A DNA stretch of 64,000 nucleotides. It comes from an uncultured Azospirillaceae bacterium. GTDB taxonomy: Bacteria > Pseudomonadota > Alphaproteobacteria > Rickettsiales > UBA3002. Position 1 is the first letter of the stretch. Every line of letters starts with the position of its first letter. The notes under the pieces were generated by a model, which searched no databases, had not been told where the DNA came from, and saw only the letters and a list, made by a program, of their open reading frames with translations. Shown piece by piece: positions 1 to 11,300 of this stretch. The stretch is from NCBI GenBank assembly GCA_964352815.1, contig CAYGTO010000005.1, forward strand, positions 7,904 through 71,903, written 5' to 3'. Made by a program: the position numbers and the translations under genes.

Positions 1-198
1 GAGGCCGCCTTCCATAATGCCCGCCGTATATACCGCAGCATTCATCGCACCCGCGCTGGTAGCAGAAATACCGTCAATATCAACGCGGCCATCTTCGCAC
101 AGCATGTCTAATACGCCCCAGGTAAAGGCCCCATGCGCACCGCCGCCTTGAAGCGCGAGGTTAATGGTTTTCTCGTTCTGTTTATTATTGGAGGCCAT
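1..198 (-). CDS. patatin-like phospholipase (5' part only; the gene runs off the left edge)
   Basis: A reverse-strand ATG at 198-196 opens MASNNKQNEKTINLALQGGGAHGAFTWGVLDMLCEDGRVDIDGISATSAGAMNAAVY. It has the GGGxxG oxyanion motif and a GxSxG-type serine motif (ATSAG) of the patatin family. It is absent from the ORF track because there is no stop inside the window. Confidence 0.7.
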   Translation of the reverse strand, partial: MASNNKQNEKTINLALQGGGAHGAFTWGVLDMLCEDGRVDIDGISATSAGAMNAAVYTAGIMEGGL

Positions 199-200
199 GA

Positions 201-1157
201 TTAGGGAGTCCCTGTTTCAGCGGTTAACTTAACTGGATGAATTTGATATCCCTCTGCTTCAAGCAAAGAAAGCATACCGTCATCACCGGGTAAATGAAGC
301 GCGCCGACGGCGATAAATAGCGACATTGTTTGTAACTTATCGAGCGCACGTTTCGTCATGTTGTGATTACGCTTTTCAATAAGCTCTTCTGAAATGTACT
401 GCGATAATGTTTCTTGTGGAATGTCGAGTAATGCTTCGGTGCCTACATGTTGAATCTTTTCTAAATCACCACTCAAATAGGCGCGTTTGAGGCTCAATTC
501 CATGGATTTGAGGCGCTGAAATGAATCCAGCGTGTAAAACAAAAAGGAGAGCTGTTCATCGACTGATAAATTCTCAAACACGTCAAACTGATCATGAATA
601 TCCTCAAGTGCAAAGATAGGCTTACCCTCTGCACTGGCCATTTGTTGAAGGCGTTTGTCGACGACGAGTCCATCATTCTCAGGGATCGGGTATTGTAGAA
701 TAATTGCAGCGGCCCACGGTTTTAGGCGCGAAAGAGCTTCTATAGGAATGGCGCCTGTGCGTTTAGCAAGCGCCCTGAGTTGTTTGTAGCGCGTTTCGTT
801 CATGAGTGTGAAGAGCCCCTTATGCTCTTTTGGAAGTAGAGAGATTTGAATGGTTCGGCGCTGGAGTTCTTCGTCAAGCACGACTTCAAATGCAGCGGCA
901 TCGGTTTCATAAATATAGCGCGCAGCTTTTTTGGTAATAGGCTGCAAGGCTGGGCTGTCAGAGTGAAAAGTGCCGAACAAATAGCCTACTTTGTGATTAG
1001 TGTCACAAGGCTCTAAGCGATAGAGCAGTGTGTTTAGCTTCTGCTCCAAGATAGGTGTGTAGTCTGATTCGGGGACACATTTTGCATGAGCGTGGTTCGT
1101 CAGCAAGGTGGAAGCAAAAACCACCATGAATGAAATGAAATATGCGCGAATCTTCAT
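201..1157 (-). CDS. TraB/GumN family protein (secreted/periplasmic)
   Basis: ORF 201..1304. I chose the internal start MKIRAYFISFMVVFASTLLTNHAHA (signal-peptide-like, ATG at 1157), which removes the overlap with trpC. The YLFGTFHSDSP motif resembles the GumN/TraB GT(I/F)H motif. Confidence 0.65.
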   Translation of the reverse strand: MKIRAYFISFMVVFASTLLTNHAHAKCVPESDYTPILEQKLNTLLYRLEPCDTNHKVGYLFGTFHSDSPALQPITKKAARYIYETDAAAFEVVLDEELQRRTIQISLLPKEHKGLFTLMNETRYKQLRALAKRTGAIPIEALSRLKPWAAAIILQYPIPENDGLVVDKRLQQMASAEGKPIFALEDIHDQFDVFENLSVDEQLSFLFYTLDSFQRLKSMELSLKRAYLSGDLEKIQHVGTEALLDIPQETLSQYISEELIEKRNHNMTKRALDKLQTMSLFIAVGALHLPGDDGMLSLLEAEGYQIHPVKLTAETGTP

Positions 1158-1167
1158 ATGTGAGATG

Positions 1168-1965
1168 TTATCCCGTTCCCAATAATGATACCGTAGCATC
1201 ATATATATTGCGCTGCAACAAAAGTGATTCGCCGACCAAGAAGCAATGAATATCATGTGCTTGAATGGCTTTGACATCATCATGTGTTTTGATGCCACTT
1301 TCACATACTATTACGTAATCAGCGGGAATTCCCTGCGCGATACGGGGGGTGTTCTCGAGGTTCACTTCAAGGGTTTTAAGGTTGCGATTATTGACGCCAA
1401 TAAGACGAGAGCTCAGATGCGTTAGCGCGCGGTCGCGCTCTTCTTCATCATGGACCTCGATGAGTACGTCCATCCCAAGCTCATGCGTGGCGGCTTCGAG
1501 TTCTTTTGCCTGCGCATCGGAGAGCGCCGCCATGATGATCAGAATACAATCCGCGCCGATAGCGCGTGATTCTATAATCTGATAGGAATCGACCATGAAG
1601 TCTTTACGAAGTACGGGGAGGGTGCATGCCTCTCGTGCCGTAATCAAATCGCCATCATTCCCTTGAAAATAAGGCGCGTCTGTGAGGACGGAAAGACAGC
1701 CTACTCCCGCGCGTTCATATTCTTTTGCTATTGCCGCTGGGTCAAAAGCTTCACGAATGAGCCCCTTGCTTGGCGATGCTTTCTTTATCTCACTGATAAG
1801 CCCGATTTGAGCTGTGTCCGCTTTTGTTTTGAGGGCTTTCATAAAGCCCCGGGTTTCACTTTGCGTCTTGATACGCTCTTCTAGGTCGCTAAGAGGGACT
1901 GCTTGTTTTTGCTTAACCACATATTCACGTTTTACCTCACAAATTTCATCGAGTTTATCAGACAT
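1168..1965 (-). CDS. trpC: indole-3-glycerol phosphate synthase
   Basis: 265 aa with EIKKASPSKG and the conserved LSVLTD..FQG motifs. Last gene of the trpE-G-D-C run. Confidence 0.95.
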   Translation of the reverse strand: MSDKLDEICEVKREYVVKQKQAVPLSDLEERIKTQSETRGFMKALKTKADTAQIGLISEIKKASPSKGLIREAFDPAAIAKEYERAGVGCLSVLTDAPYFQGNDGDLITAREACTLPVLRKDFMVDSYQIIESRAIGADCILIIMAALSDAQAKELEAATHELGMDVLIEVHDEEERDRALTHLSSRLIGVNNRNLKTLEVNLENTPRIAQGIPADYVIVCESGIKTHDDVKAIQAHDIHCFLVGESLLLQRNIYDATVSLLGTG

Positions 1966-1966
1966 A

Positions 1967-2986
1967 TCAGCTCTGGTTACTCCAATGAATCAGCTCTTTC
2001 AGAGTATTCCGCGCACGGCCGCTATCAATAGCGAGCTTGGCCTCGCGTACCCCGTCTTTCAAGGTGTCGGCGGTGCCCGCAATGATCAGGGATGCGGCAC
2101 TGTTGAGTAACACAGCATCACGGTAGGCACCTTGTTCGCCATAGAGCAGCGCTTTAATCGCTTCTGCATTGGTTTGCGCGTCACCACCCTGAATATCTTT
2201 AAGCTGTGCTCGCGCGAGTCCGGCATCTTCAGGCGTCACGCTGAAGGTTTTGATGCGCCCTTTGTTGAGCGAAGCAACATAGGATTGGCCGGTGATGGTG
2301 AGCTCGTCAAGCCCGTCCTCGCCATGCACGACCCAGGCATGTTCCATATTGAGCAACTTTAAGACACGGACAATCGAATCGATGAGTGATTTGTCGTATA
2401 CGCCGAGAAGCTGGCGCTGCGTCCGCGCCGGATTAATAAGTGGGCCTAGGACGTTAAAGATAGTGCGTGTTTTTAGTTTCTTGCGAATGGGCGCAACGTG
2501 TTTCATAGCATCATGAAATTGCGTTGCCATCATGAAACAAATGTTTGCTTTTTTAAGGCACTGCTCAAGCACATGCTTTTCCGCCATAATATTAATACCC
2601 AACGCTTCGAGAACATCAGCAGACCCTGACTTTGACGAGACAGAGCGATTACCGTGCTTAGCAACGGGAATGCCGCACGCGGCCACGACGAGCGCAGAGG
2701 CAGTGGAAATATTATACGTCCCTTTTGCATCGCCTCCCGTGCCACATGTGTCGATTGCATCTGCGGGTGCTTTAATCGGTTTGGCTAGTTTTCGGAGTAC
2801 TTCGACAGCGCCGGTGATTTCATCAGCTGTTTCGCCTTTTTTCTTCAATGCGAGAAGGAATCCTTCAATTTCATCATCATTCGCATCACCCTTCATAATG
2901 CGTGTGAAGGCGCGCTTGCTCTCAGCGCGTGTAAGCGAATTACCCGCGTCAATCTTATCAATGAGAGGGGTTAATGAAGTGGCCAT
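1967..2986 (-). CDS. trpD: anthranilate phosphoribosyltransferase
   Basis: 339 aa with the DTCGTGGD motif and NRSVSSKSGSADVLEALG. Confidence 0.95.
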   Translation of the reverse strand: MATSLTPLIDKIDAGNSLTRAESKRAFTRIMKGDANDDEIEGFLLALKKKGETADEITGAVEVLRKLAKPIKAPADAIDTCGTGGDAKGTYNISTASALVVAACGIPVAKHGNRSVSSKSGSADVLEALGINIMAEKHVLEQCLKKANICFMMATQFHDAMKHVAPIRKKLKTRTIFNVLGPLINPARTQRQLLGVYDKSLIDSIVRVLKLLNMEHAWVVHGEDGLDELTITGQSYVASLNKGRIKTFSVTPEDAGLARAQLKDIQGGDAQTNAEAIKALLYGEQGAYRDAVLLNSAASLIIAGTADTLKDGVREAKLAIDSGRARNTLKELIHWSNQS

Positions 2987-2993
2987 AGCTGCT

Positions 2994-3578
2994 TTATATC
3001 AGTTCGAGGAAATTTCTCAACACATCATGCCCATACTGCGAGGCAATACTTTCCGGGTGAAATTGCACGCCGTGCAGCGGGTGTTTCTTGTGCGCGATTC
3101 CCATGATGGTGCCATCTTCAATTTCAGAAGTGATCTCGAAACAGTCTGGCAGCGATTCACGTTCGACAATCAAAGAATGATAGCGCGTTGCTTCAAACGG
3201 GCTACTCAGCCCTTTAAAGACGGACTTGCTTGTATGGGTAATCATACTCGTTTTGCCGTGCATCGGTTTTTTTGCACGGATGATTTTTCCGCCATAAGCC
3301 TGTGCGATGGATTGATGTCCCAAACACACGCCAAGCATGGGAATGGATGGGCCGAGTTTTGCGACGAGCTCGAGGCAAATACCCGCTTCATCAGGTGTTG
3401 CCGGGCCTGGCGAAATGATAATGCCATCAACCGTTCCTGCCGCTTTCTTAGCTTCAATATCACTCACGCTGACCGCATCATTGCGCACCACTTCGATCGG
3501 TGAACCCAGTTCTTGCACGTAATGTGATAGATTATAGGTGAAGCTATCGTAATTATCGATTAGGAGAATCTGTTTCAT
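2994..3578 (-). CDS. trpG: anthranilate synthase component II (glutamine amidotransferase)
   Basis: 194 aa class-I GATase with GVCLGHQ and HPES. Its start overlaps the trpE stop by 4 nt. Confidence 0.9.
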   Translation of the reverse strand: MKQILLIDNYDSFTYNLSHYVQELGSPIEVVRNDAVSVSDIEAKKAAGTVDGIIISPGPATPDEAGICLELVAKLGPSIPMLGVCLGHQSIAQAYGGKIIRAKKPMHGKTSMITHTSKSVFKGLSSPFEATRYHSLIVERESLPDCFEITSEIEDGTIMGIAHKKHPLHGVQFHPESIASQYGHDVLRNFLELI

Positions 3579-5080
3579 TCAAACCTCCGTGCTTGCTCTG
3601 CAGCCTTCATCAGCGCTTTGGCCTTGTTCCATGACTCTTGATATTCACCTTCAGGACTGCTGTCTGCGACCACGCCGCCGCCAGCTTGAATATGAAGCTT
3701 TCCATCTTTAATCAAGCCCGTGCGCAGTGTGATACAGGTATCCATTGCACCATTGGCCGAAATATAGCCGACACCGCCGGCATAGAAGCTGCGGCGTTCG
3801 GGCTCTAACTCATCAATGATTTCCATAGCGCGAATTTTCGGTGCGCCGCTAACGGTGCCTGCGGGGAAGCCGGCGATCAGCGCATCGATCGCATCATATT
3901 TGTCGCGATCGAGTGTTCCTGTTACGTGCGATGCAATATGCATCACATGCGAATAATATTCGATCTGCATCTGCTCATCAACGTTGACGGTGCCTGCTTT
4001 AGCAACACGGCCAACATCGTTACGCCCAAGATCGAGAAGCATCAAATGTTCTGCTGTTTCTTTTTCATCAGAAAGAAGGTCTTTCGCGAGCGCCATATCT
4101 TCTGCAGGTGTTTTGCCGCGTTTACGCGTCCCAGCGATCGGACGAATAGTGATTTCATCATCGCGCACACGCACCAAAATCTCTGGGCTTGATCCTACTA
4201 GTGCATAGTCGCCAAACTCTAAATAAAAGAGGAAAGGCGAAGGGTTCATCTGGCGCAGTGAACGATAGAGCGCGAACGGGTGGTGCTCAAACGGAGTAGA
4301 AAATCTCTGAGAGAGTACCGTCTGGAAAATATCTCCGGCCATGATGTAGTCTTTGGCTTTATTAACCATGCCGTGAAACTCAGGCTCGGTGACATTTGAT
4401 TCGAATGAGAGTGTTTCTGTATCCACGGGCTTGTAATAGCTGCGTTGATCAAGAGGGCCTTGGAGCGTGTCGATCACGGCTTCAATTTCTTGACGCGCGT
4501 CTTGATAGGCTTTTCCTGCACTGTATTCGTCGAACGTTGTTTCTGCCCAAATCGGGCGACACAAATAGACAACCCCATCAACCGAATCAAAAATGGCGAG
4601 CATTGAAGGGCGCATAAAACATGCATCCGGAATATCGATTGGGTCAGGATTTGTATCTGGTAATTTTTCCATCAGCTTGACCATATCATAGCCAAAATAA
4701 CCTACGATTCCTGCGGCCATGGGCGGCAGTTCGGAAGGTAGTTCCATGGTGCAGCGTTTTACCAGCTGGCGCATCGAGCTAAGCGCATCTTCATAGCATG
4801 GCTCGAAATGGTCTGGTTGAGTGAGTGCATCTTCGTTAATCTCAGAAGTGCTCCCAAAACAGCGCCACACGATATCGGGTTGCATGCCAATAATAGAGTA
4901 ACGGCCGCGTGCGGCGCCGCCCTCAACCGATTCTAGTAAGAAGCATACAGAGTGTTGTTTCCGTAGTTTGAGTACTGCAGAAACAGGCGTTTCCACATCG
5001 GCAACAAACCGTGTCCACATCATACTTGGATTTCCGGCCAGAAGCTGGTCAGTGACGGTTTGTTTTTCAGGAAATTGCAT
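3575..5080 (-). CDS. trpE: anthranilate synthase component I
   Basis: ORF 3575..5119 with LLESVEGG and GAPKIRAMEII motifs. I preferred the start MQFPEKQ (ATG 5080) because the longer start would overlap the ppiD-like gene by 32 nt. Confidence 0.93.
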   Translation of the reverse strand: MQFPEKQTVTDQLLAGNPSMMWTRFVADVETPVSAVLKLRKQHSVCFLLESVEGGAARGRYSIIGMQPDIVWRCFGSTSEINEDALTQPDHFEPCYEDALSSMRQLVKRCTMELPSELPPMAAGIVGYFGYDMVKLMEKLPDTNPDPIDIPDACFMRPSMLAIFDSVDGVVYLCRPIWAETTFDEYSAGKAYQDARQEIEAVIDTLQGPLDQRSYYKPVDTETLSFESNVTEPEFHGMVNKAKDYIMAGDIFQTVLSQRFSTPFEHHPFALYRSLRQMNPSPFLFYLEFGDYALVGSSPEILVRVRDDEITIRPIAGTRKRGKTPAEDMALAKDLLSDEKETAEHLMLLDLGRNDVGRVAKAGTVNVDEQMQIEYYSHVMHIASHVTGTLDRDKYDAIDALIAGFPAGTVSGAPKIRAMEIIDELEPERRSFYAGGVGYISANGAMDTCITLRTGLIKDGKLHIQAGGGVVADSSPEGEYQESWNKAKALMKAAEQARRFE

Positions 5081-5087
5081 GGCTAGA

Positions 5088-6992
5088 CTACCGGGCGATC
5101 TCTTGCAGCAACGATTCATTGATCGTTACCGGATATTTCGCGCGTAGATAGTGCAAATATTGGTCAAGCAACTCAATGCGATACTCTTTCGCGAGCCTCT
5201 GGCGTAGCGCATCCAGTTCGGCTTTTTTGGCATTCTCAAATGGTTTCGCTGGAATGATTTTCTTCACAACACCTATGGCAAAGTCGCCGTCGGGTAGCGG
5301 ATAGGCGCCGGTGCTGTCATTGATCTCTTTGTCATCGAACAATTCTTTTACAAAGCCATTCGTTGTATTGATTTTTTTCGAACTGTCCTGGATGGAAATA
5401 CTTTCGTCGTTACGAGCAAGCGGCTTGCTTGTGATGAGAGAGAGCTGACTTAGGCGAAGCACGTCCGCGGGTGCATCCGAGGCGTTTGCTTTTTCGGCAA
5501 TCTCGGATGCTTTTTGTACTTTCAGCTCTTGGCGTTTTAACGCGTTCCAGCTCTCAGTAACTTCTCCTCTGACGGCGTCAAAGGCTTTGGGCTGACTCTC
5601 AATCACTTGCGTGACTTTGGTCAGGAAATACACTTGATTCGGACCTACCTCGAGATTTGAAATAAGGTCTTTCTCGTCATCATAATGTTTCGCTAGAATT
5701 TGTGCTTCCACATCGGATGGTTTCATTGCACCGGAAGATCCTTGGCGTTCGAGCGAACGAGAGACAGGTGCAATCGTGCCCACGCGAGAACTATATTTCT
5801 TAGCGATCTCTTGAAGCGATGAGCCCCCCGCAACGGCATCTTCAATGGTTACTGTGAAATCGTTTAGTGCTTTAGCACGCTTACTCTGAAGCAATTCTTT
5901 TTCTAATGTATCCTTAACCTCGTCGAATGCTTTGACTGTAGGTGCATTGATCGAACGAATAATAAAGACATGCCAGCCAAAGCTTGTATTGATCGGTTCC
6001 GTGACGCTGCCTGCTGCGCTGTTGAACACGATCTCTTCAGCGCTTTCCGGTAAGTCGCCTAGAGTAACATCTCCAAGGTCAGAATAAGTGCCATGCGCTA
6101 CCGGTGCTTTTGCCGGTGAACTAACCCCATTCTCATCAAGGAGCGCTTGCGCTGTGGCCGCGTCGTCGTAAGTGGCAAACAACCATTGCGCGACGCTGCG
6201 TGACTCTGGCGAGGCGTATAAATCTTTATTCGCTTCATAGGATGATTTGAGCTCATCATTCGACACGTTAACTGAATTGATGATCGCTTCTGGTTCAATG
6301 ACGACATACTCAAAGGCACGATATTCCGGCGTACGGTAGAGCGGTTGCTGTTTTTCGTATAACTCTTGCAGTTCTTCGTCGCTTGGCTTGGGTAATTCAC
6401 CTACATTGCGATTTGTCACCAAACCGAGTTGAACCACGCGGCGCTCACCTTCCGTTAAATAGATGCGGCGGACAAGTGGCTCTGACACGAGAGGAATATT
6501 CGTAATCACGCTCTCAAGCAGGTCAATACTCAGCTCTTCACGCAGAAAATTAAGATAGGTGCTTTCGCTCAAGCGATTATCACGAAGCATTAGGGAGAAG
6601 AGCTGGCGGTCGAATTCCCCGCTATTATTGATAAAGTCTGGGTTGGTCCTGATGTGTTCTGCGAGTAATTCGTCAGAAATGCGAACACCCAGCTCATCGG
6701 CTTCTTGAAACAGCAGGGCATTATTCACTAAGGCGCTGAGCACCTGCTGCGGTACATTAAGCTGAGCGAAAAGCTCGCTTGAGTAATTATTACCAAAAGA
6801 GCGGCGTACACGCTGAAGTGCCCGATCATAGCGGCTTGCCGTAATCGATATGTCGCCAACGACCGCGACAGCATTACTGGGAGGCCCGGTGATAATGTCA
6901 CCGATCCCCCAAACGGCAAAACTGAGGATCAGCGTGCCGAGTAACAGCTTAGAGAAGAGGCTATGCGCGCCTTTGCGCATCGTATCAAGCAT
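5088..6992 (-). CDS. ppiD: periplasmic chaperone / peptidyl-prolyl isomerase, PpiD-like (SurA N-terminal domain + parvulin domain)
   Basis: 634 aa with an N-terminal membrane anchor (LLLGTLILSFAVWGIGD) and a parvulin-like FGWHVFIIRS segment. It sits upstream of trpE, as in many alphaproteobacteria. Confidence 0.75.
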   Translation of the reverse strand: MLDTMRKGAHSLFSKLLLGTLILSFAVWGIGDIITGPPSNAVAVVGDISITASRYDRALQRVRRSFGNNYSSELFAQLNVPQQVLSALVNNALLFQEADELGVRISDELLAEHIRTNPDFINNSGEFDRQLFSLMLRDNRLSESTYLNFLREELSIDLLESVITNIPLVSEPLVRRIYLTEGERRVVQLGLVTNRNVGELPKPSDEELQELYEKQQPLYRTPEYRAFEYVVIEPEAIINSVNVSNDELKSSYEANKDLYASPESRSVAQWLFATYDDAATAQALLDENGVSSPAKAPVAHGTYSDLGDVTLGDLPESAEEIVFNSAAGSVTEPINTSFGWHVFIIRSINAPTVKAFDEVKDTLEKELLQSKRAKALNDFTVTIEDAVAGGSSLQEIAKKYSSRVGTIAPVSRSLERQGSSGAMKPSDVEAQILAKHYDDEKDLISNLEVGPNQVYFLTKVTQVIESQPKAFDAVRGEVTESWNALKRQELKVQKASEIAEKANASDAPADVLRLSQLSLITSKPLARNDESISIQDSSKKINTTNGFVKELFDDKEINDSTGAYPLPDGDFAIGVVKKIIPAKPFENAKKAELDALRQRLAKEYRIELLDQYLHYLRAKYPVTINESLLQEIAR

Positions 6993-7116
6993 AGGAGTCC
7001 CTGTTTTTGTCTAGTTGTAACCCTTGGTTATAGGGTGCAAAATTGAAAAATCAAAAGAAACTGAAGGGATGTCCTCTTTCAGTTGCGCGATCATAAAAAA
7101 TGATTAGGCTCGCGCC

Positions 7117-7800
7117 ATGAGTTATTTCGTCGCAAATTGGAAAATGTATGGCAATCAGGCGCTTGTCTCGGAGTTGGCGCAAGCAATGCCGGAATCTAGC
7201 CGTTTTGACTCTATCGTCATTTGTCCACCCGCTCCATTACTGGACCGAGTAAATAGCGTTTTTTCATGCGAAATGGGCGGCCAGGATTGTTCGCCGTACG
7301 AACATGGTGCGTATACGGGTGATGTTTCGGCGCCCATGCTTAAGGACTTGGGTTGCAGCTATGTGATTCTTGGGCATTCAGAGCGCCGCCAGCACCACGG
7401 CGAGAAAGATGTGTTAGTCAAAGCGAAAGCGGAAGCAGCTATGAAGGCAGGGCTCACGCCTATTATTTGCGTGGGCGAGACATTAGCAGAGCGTGAAGGT
7501 GGTTTTGTTCTTGAGGTGCTCGAGAAACAAGTCGCAGCATCCATACCAGACTCGGGTGATTATCTCATCGCTTATGAGCCGGTTTGGGCGATTGGAACGG
7601 GCCATACACCCAGTCTCGAACAGATTGAAGCGGCACATGCACATATTAAACAGGTCAGCGGTGGGGCGGCGGTGCTCTATGGTGGCTCGGTGAAACCTGC
7701 GAATTTGGATGAAATTCTCACTGTACAAACCGTCGATGGTGTATTAGTAGGTAGCGCCAGTATTGATTCGGAGAGTTTCCGAAAAATGATTGAGAAATAA
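7117..7800 (+). CDS. tpiA: triose-phosphate isomerase
   Basis: 227 aa with the ANWKMYG, GHSERR and YEPVWAIGTG motifs. Confidence 0.95.
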   Translation: MSYFVANWKMYGNQALVSELAQAMPESSRFDSIVICPPAPLLDRVNSVFSCEMGGQDCSPYEHGAYTGDVSAPMLKDLGCSYVILGHSERRQHHGEKDVLVKAKAEAAMKAGLTPIICVGETLAEREGGFVLEVLEKQVAASIPDSGDYLIAYEPVWAIGTGHTPSLEQIEAAHAHIKQVSGGAAVLYGGSVKPANLDEILTVQTVDGVLVGSASIDSESFRKMIEK

Positions 7801-7806
7801 CGTTTC

Positions 7807-7890
7807 GTCATTCTCGACCGAGCCTAGCGAGTGTCGGGAATCTAATCGAGATAGATCCCCGAGACGAACAGCAGTTCGCTCGAGGATGAC
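7807..7890 (+). repeat. GTCAT...ATGAC nested-hairpin element (84 nt), upstream flank of secG
   Basis: gtcattctcgaccg...cgggaatc-taatcgagata-gatccccg...ctcgaggatgac. The termini and centre are inverted repeats. Same subfamily as 8396-8476. Confidence 0.85.
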
Positions 7891-7908
7891 GGCAACTAAG
7901 GTAAGAAC

Positions 7909-8301
7909 ATGGAACTACAAACAATTTTACTCGCGCTGCATGTGGTTGTCACCTTGTTGATGATCGGATTTATTCTGTTGCAGAAAAGCAGCACTGATGG
8001 TTTTGGGCTTGGGGGCGGAAGTGGTGCAGGGCTGATGTCTGGGCGCCAGACGGCGAATTTTATGACGCGCACTACGGGTATATTGGCGGCCATCTTTATG
8101 GCGAATAGCTTGTTGCTCTCTATTCTAGCGGCCAGTGACCGTGGGACCTCGATTCTGGATGAAGCGCCGACTGCAGTGATCGAAGGGCAAGAAGAGCTGG
8201 GTGTTCCGCTGGTGGGTGATGGCGAGACAGCGACGCAAGACGTTGCTCCTGTGAAAATAAAGGAAATGCCGAGTGAGCCTATAGTGCCGCTCGCGGAATA
8301 A
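7909..8301 (+). CDS. secG: preprotein translocase subunit SecG
   Basis: 130 aa. LLALHVVVTLLMIGFILLQKSSTDGFGLGGGSG is typical of SecG. Conserved tpiA-secG-pyrG order. Confidence 0.9.
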   Translation: MELQTILLALHVVVTLLMIGFILLQKSSTDGFGLGGGSGAGLMSGRQTANFMTRTTGILAAIFMANSLLLSILAASDRGTSILDEAPTAVIEGQEELGVPLVGDGETATQDVAPVKIKEMPSEPIVPLAE

Positions 8302-8350
8302 TTCGAAACTACTCCTTGCGCTCCCCTAAAAGCCGAGTTATACCTTATAT

Positions 8351-8368
8351 CCCGTAGCAACCTACGGG
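8351..8368 (+). terminator. possible weak intrinsic terminator after secG
   Basis: 7-bp stem cccgtag/ctacggg with loop caac, followed by gattt (short T run only). Confidence 0.25.
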
Positions 8369-8395
8369 GATTTCATGAGAGATTTGCAAATATTC

Positions 8396-10142
<1,747 letters not shown>

Positions 10143-10152
10143 ATTACAGCGA

Positions 10153-10180
10153 TTGTTTTTTCCTCATTTTTTGGTATGAT
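10153..10180 (+). promoter_or_regulatory. putative sigma70-type promoter with extended -10
   Basis: TTGTTT (10153-10158), 16 nt, then TGgTATGAT (TG 10172-10173, TATGAT 10175-10180), about 30 nt upstream of the small ORF at 10210. Confidence 0.3.
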
Positions 10181-10209
10181 GTGCGTGTTATACAAAGAAA
10201 GGTATTCTT

Positions 10210-10335
10210 ATGAGCACGCACAGAAGACGCAGCGCAGAGCAACATGCTGATGCTAACGCAAATTTGACTTTGGTATTCTTCGAAACGGCGATTGTCGTCG
10301 TGATCGTCGCGATTGTTGTCGGCGCGAGTATTTAG
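10210..10335 (+). CDS. small hydrophobic protein (41 aa), hypothetical
   Basis: MSTHRRRSAEQHADANANLTLVFFETAIVVVIVAIVVGASI has a basic N-terminus and one C-terminal TM segment. AAGAAAGG lies upstream. It is below the ORF-track size cutoff. Confidence 0.3.
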   Translation: MSTHRRRSAEQHADANANLTLVFFETAIVVVIVAIVVGASI

Positions 10336-10352
10336 TTAGCAATTCCTTCGAT

Positions 10353-10452
10353 GTCATTGCCTGAATTTCCATTGAAATTCTAAGGCAATCCAGAAAAAGT
10401 TCGATTAATTACTGGATTAACCTAGAATCGCACGCGCGATTCGGGTAATGAC
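10353..10452. repeat. GTCAT...ATGAC nested-hairpin element (100 nt)
   Basis: gtcattgcct[gaatttc-catt-gaaattc]taaggcaatcc ... attaacc-ta[gaatcgc-acgc-gcgattc]gggtaatgac. Two tandem hairpins, each with a nested perfect 7-bp hairpin. Confidence 0.75.
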
Positions 10453-10469
10453 AATAGAAAAGGAAGAAT

Positions 10470-11300
10470 ATGACCAAAACCATTTCCCTCGGCGAGATTC
10501 GGATCGCCAATGACAAGCCCTTTACCCTCATCGCTGGCCCGTGCCAGATGGAGAGCCGTGAGCATGCGCTGGAAGTGGCGGGGGAGCTAAAAGCCATATG
10601 TGAAAAGCTCGATATTCCACTGATTTACAAAACCAGCTTCGATAAGGCCAACCGCACGAGCCTTGGCGGCAAGCGCGGGGTAGGGCTTGATGCGTCGCTG
10701 CCGGTGTTTGCCGAGATCAAAGAATCGCTAGGTATTCCGGTGCTGACCGATGTGCATGAGAAAGAGCAATGCGCGAAGGTGGCGGAAGTGGTGGATGTGC
10801 TGCAAATCCCCGCCTTTTTGTGCCGCCAGACCGATCTGTTGATTGCCGCGGCCAAGACCGGCGCGGTGGTGAATATCAAAAAGGGTCAGTTCCTTGCGCC
10901 GTGGGACATGAAGAATGTCGCGGCGAAGGTGGCCGAGTCGGGCAATGAGCGAATTATTCTCACCGAGCGCGGCTCGAGTTTTGGTTATAACACACTGGTG
11001 GCGGATTTCCGTAGCTTGCCGATCATGGCGCAGCAGACCGGCTATCCGGTGATTATGGATTCGACCCATTCGGTGCAGCAGCCAGGCGGGCAGGGCACCA
11101 GCTCGGGCGGTCAGCGCGAATTTGCTCCGGTCATGGCGCGCTGCGCGATTGCGACGGGAAGCTGCGCCGGGCTGTTCATCGAAACCCATCCTGACCCCGA
11201 CAATGCGCCGTCTGACGGGCCGAACATGATTCCGCTCGCTGAGATGGAAGCGCTGCTAACTCAGCTCAAAGCGCTCGATCAAGTGATGAAGGGGTGTTAG
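10470..11300 (+). CDS. kdsA: 3-deoxy-8-phosphooctulonate (KDO-8-P) synthase
   Basis: 276 aa with [12 protein letters not shown] and FKSSFDKANR-like [12 protein letters not shown]. Conserved pyrG-kdsA-eno order. Confidence 0.95.
   Translation: MTKTISLGEIRIANDKPFTLIAGPCQMESREHALEVAGELKAICEKLDIPLIYKTSFDKANRTSLGGKRGVGLDASLPVFAEIKESLGIPVLTDVHEKEQCAKVAEVVDVLQIPAFLCRQTDLLIAAAKTGAVVNIKKGQFLAPWDMKNVAAKVAESGNERIILTERGSSFGYNTLVADFRSLPIMAQQTGYPVIMDSTHSVQQPGGQGTSSGGQREFAPVMARCAIATGSCAGLFIETHPDPDNAPSDGPNMIPLAEMEALLTQLKALDQVMKGC

Noticed and set aside
1158-1304. N-terminal extensions implied by the longest-ORF starts: 1304 (TraB), 5119 (trpE), 12232 (vWA), 14056 (pdhA), 25692 (bcp), 48672 (yggT), 57479 (hydrolase) and 59186 (arsC family).
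   Set aside because: Each extension overlaps the upstream gene or a repeat element and lacks an SD. Each has a downstream ATG with a better SD or a proper signal peptide or conserved N-terminus.
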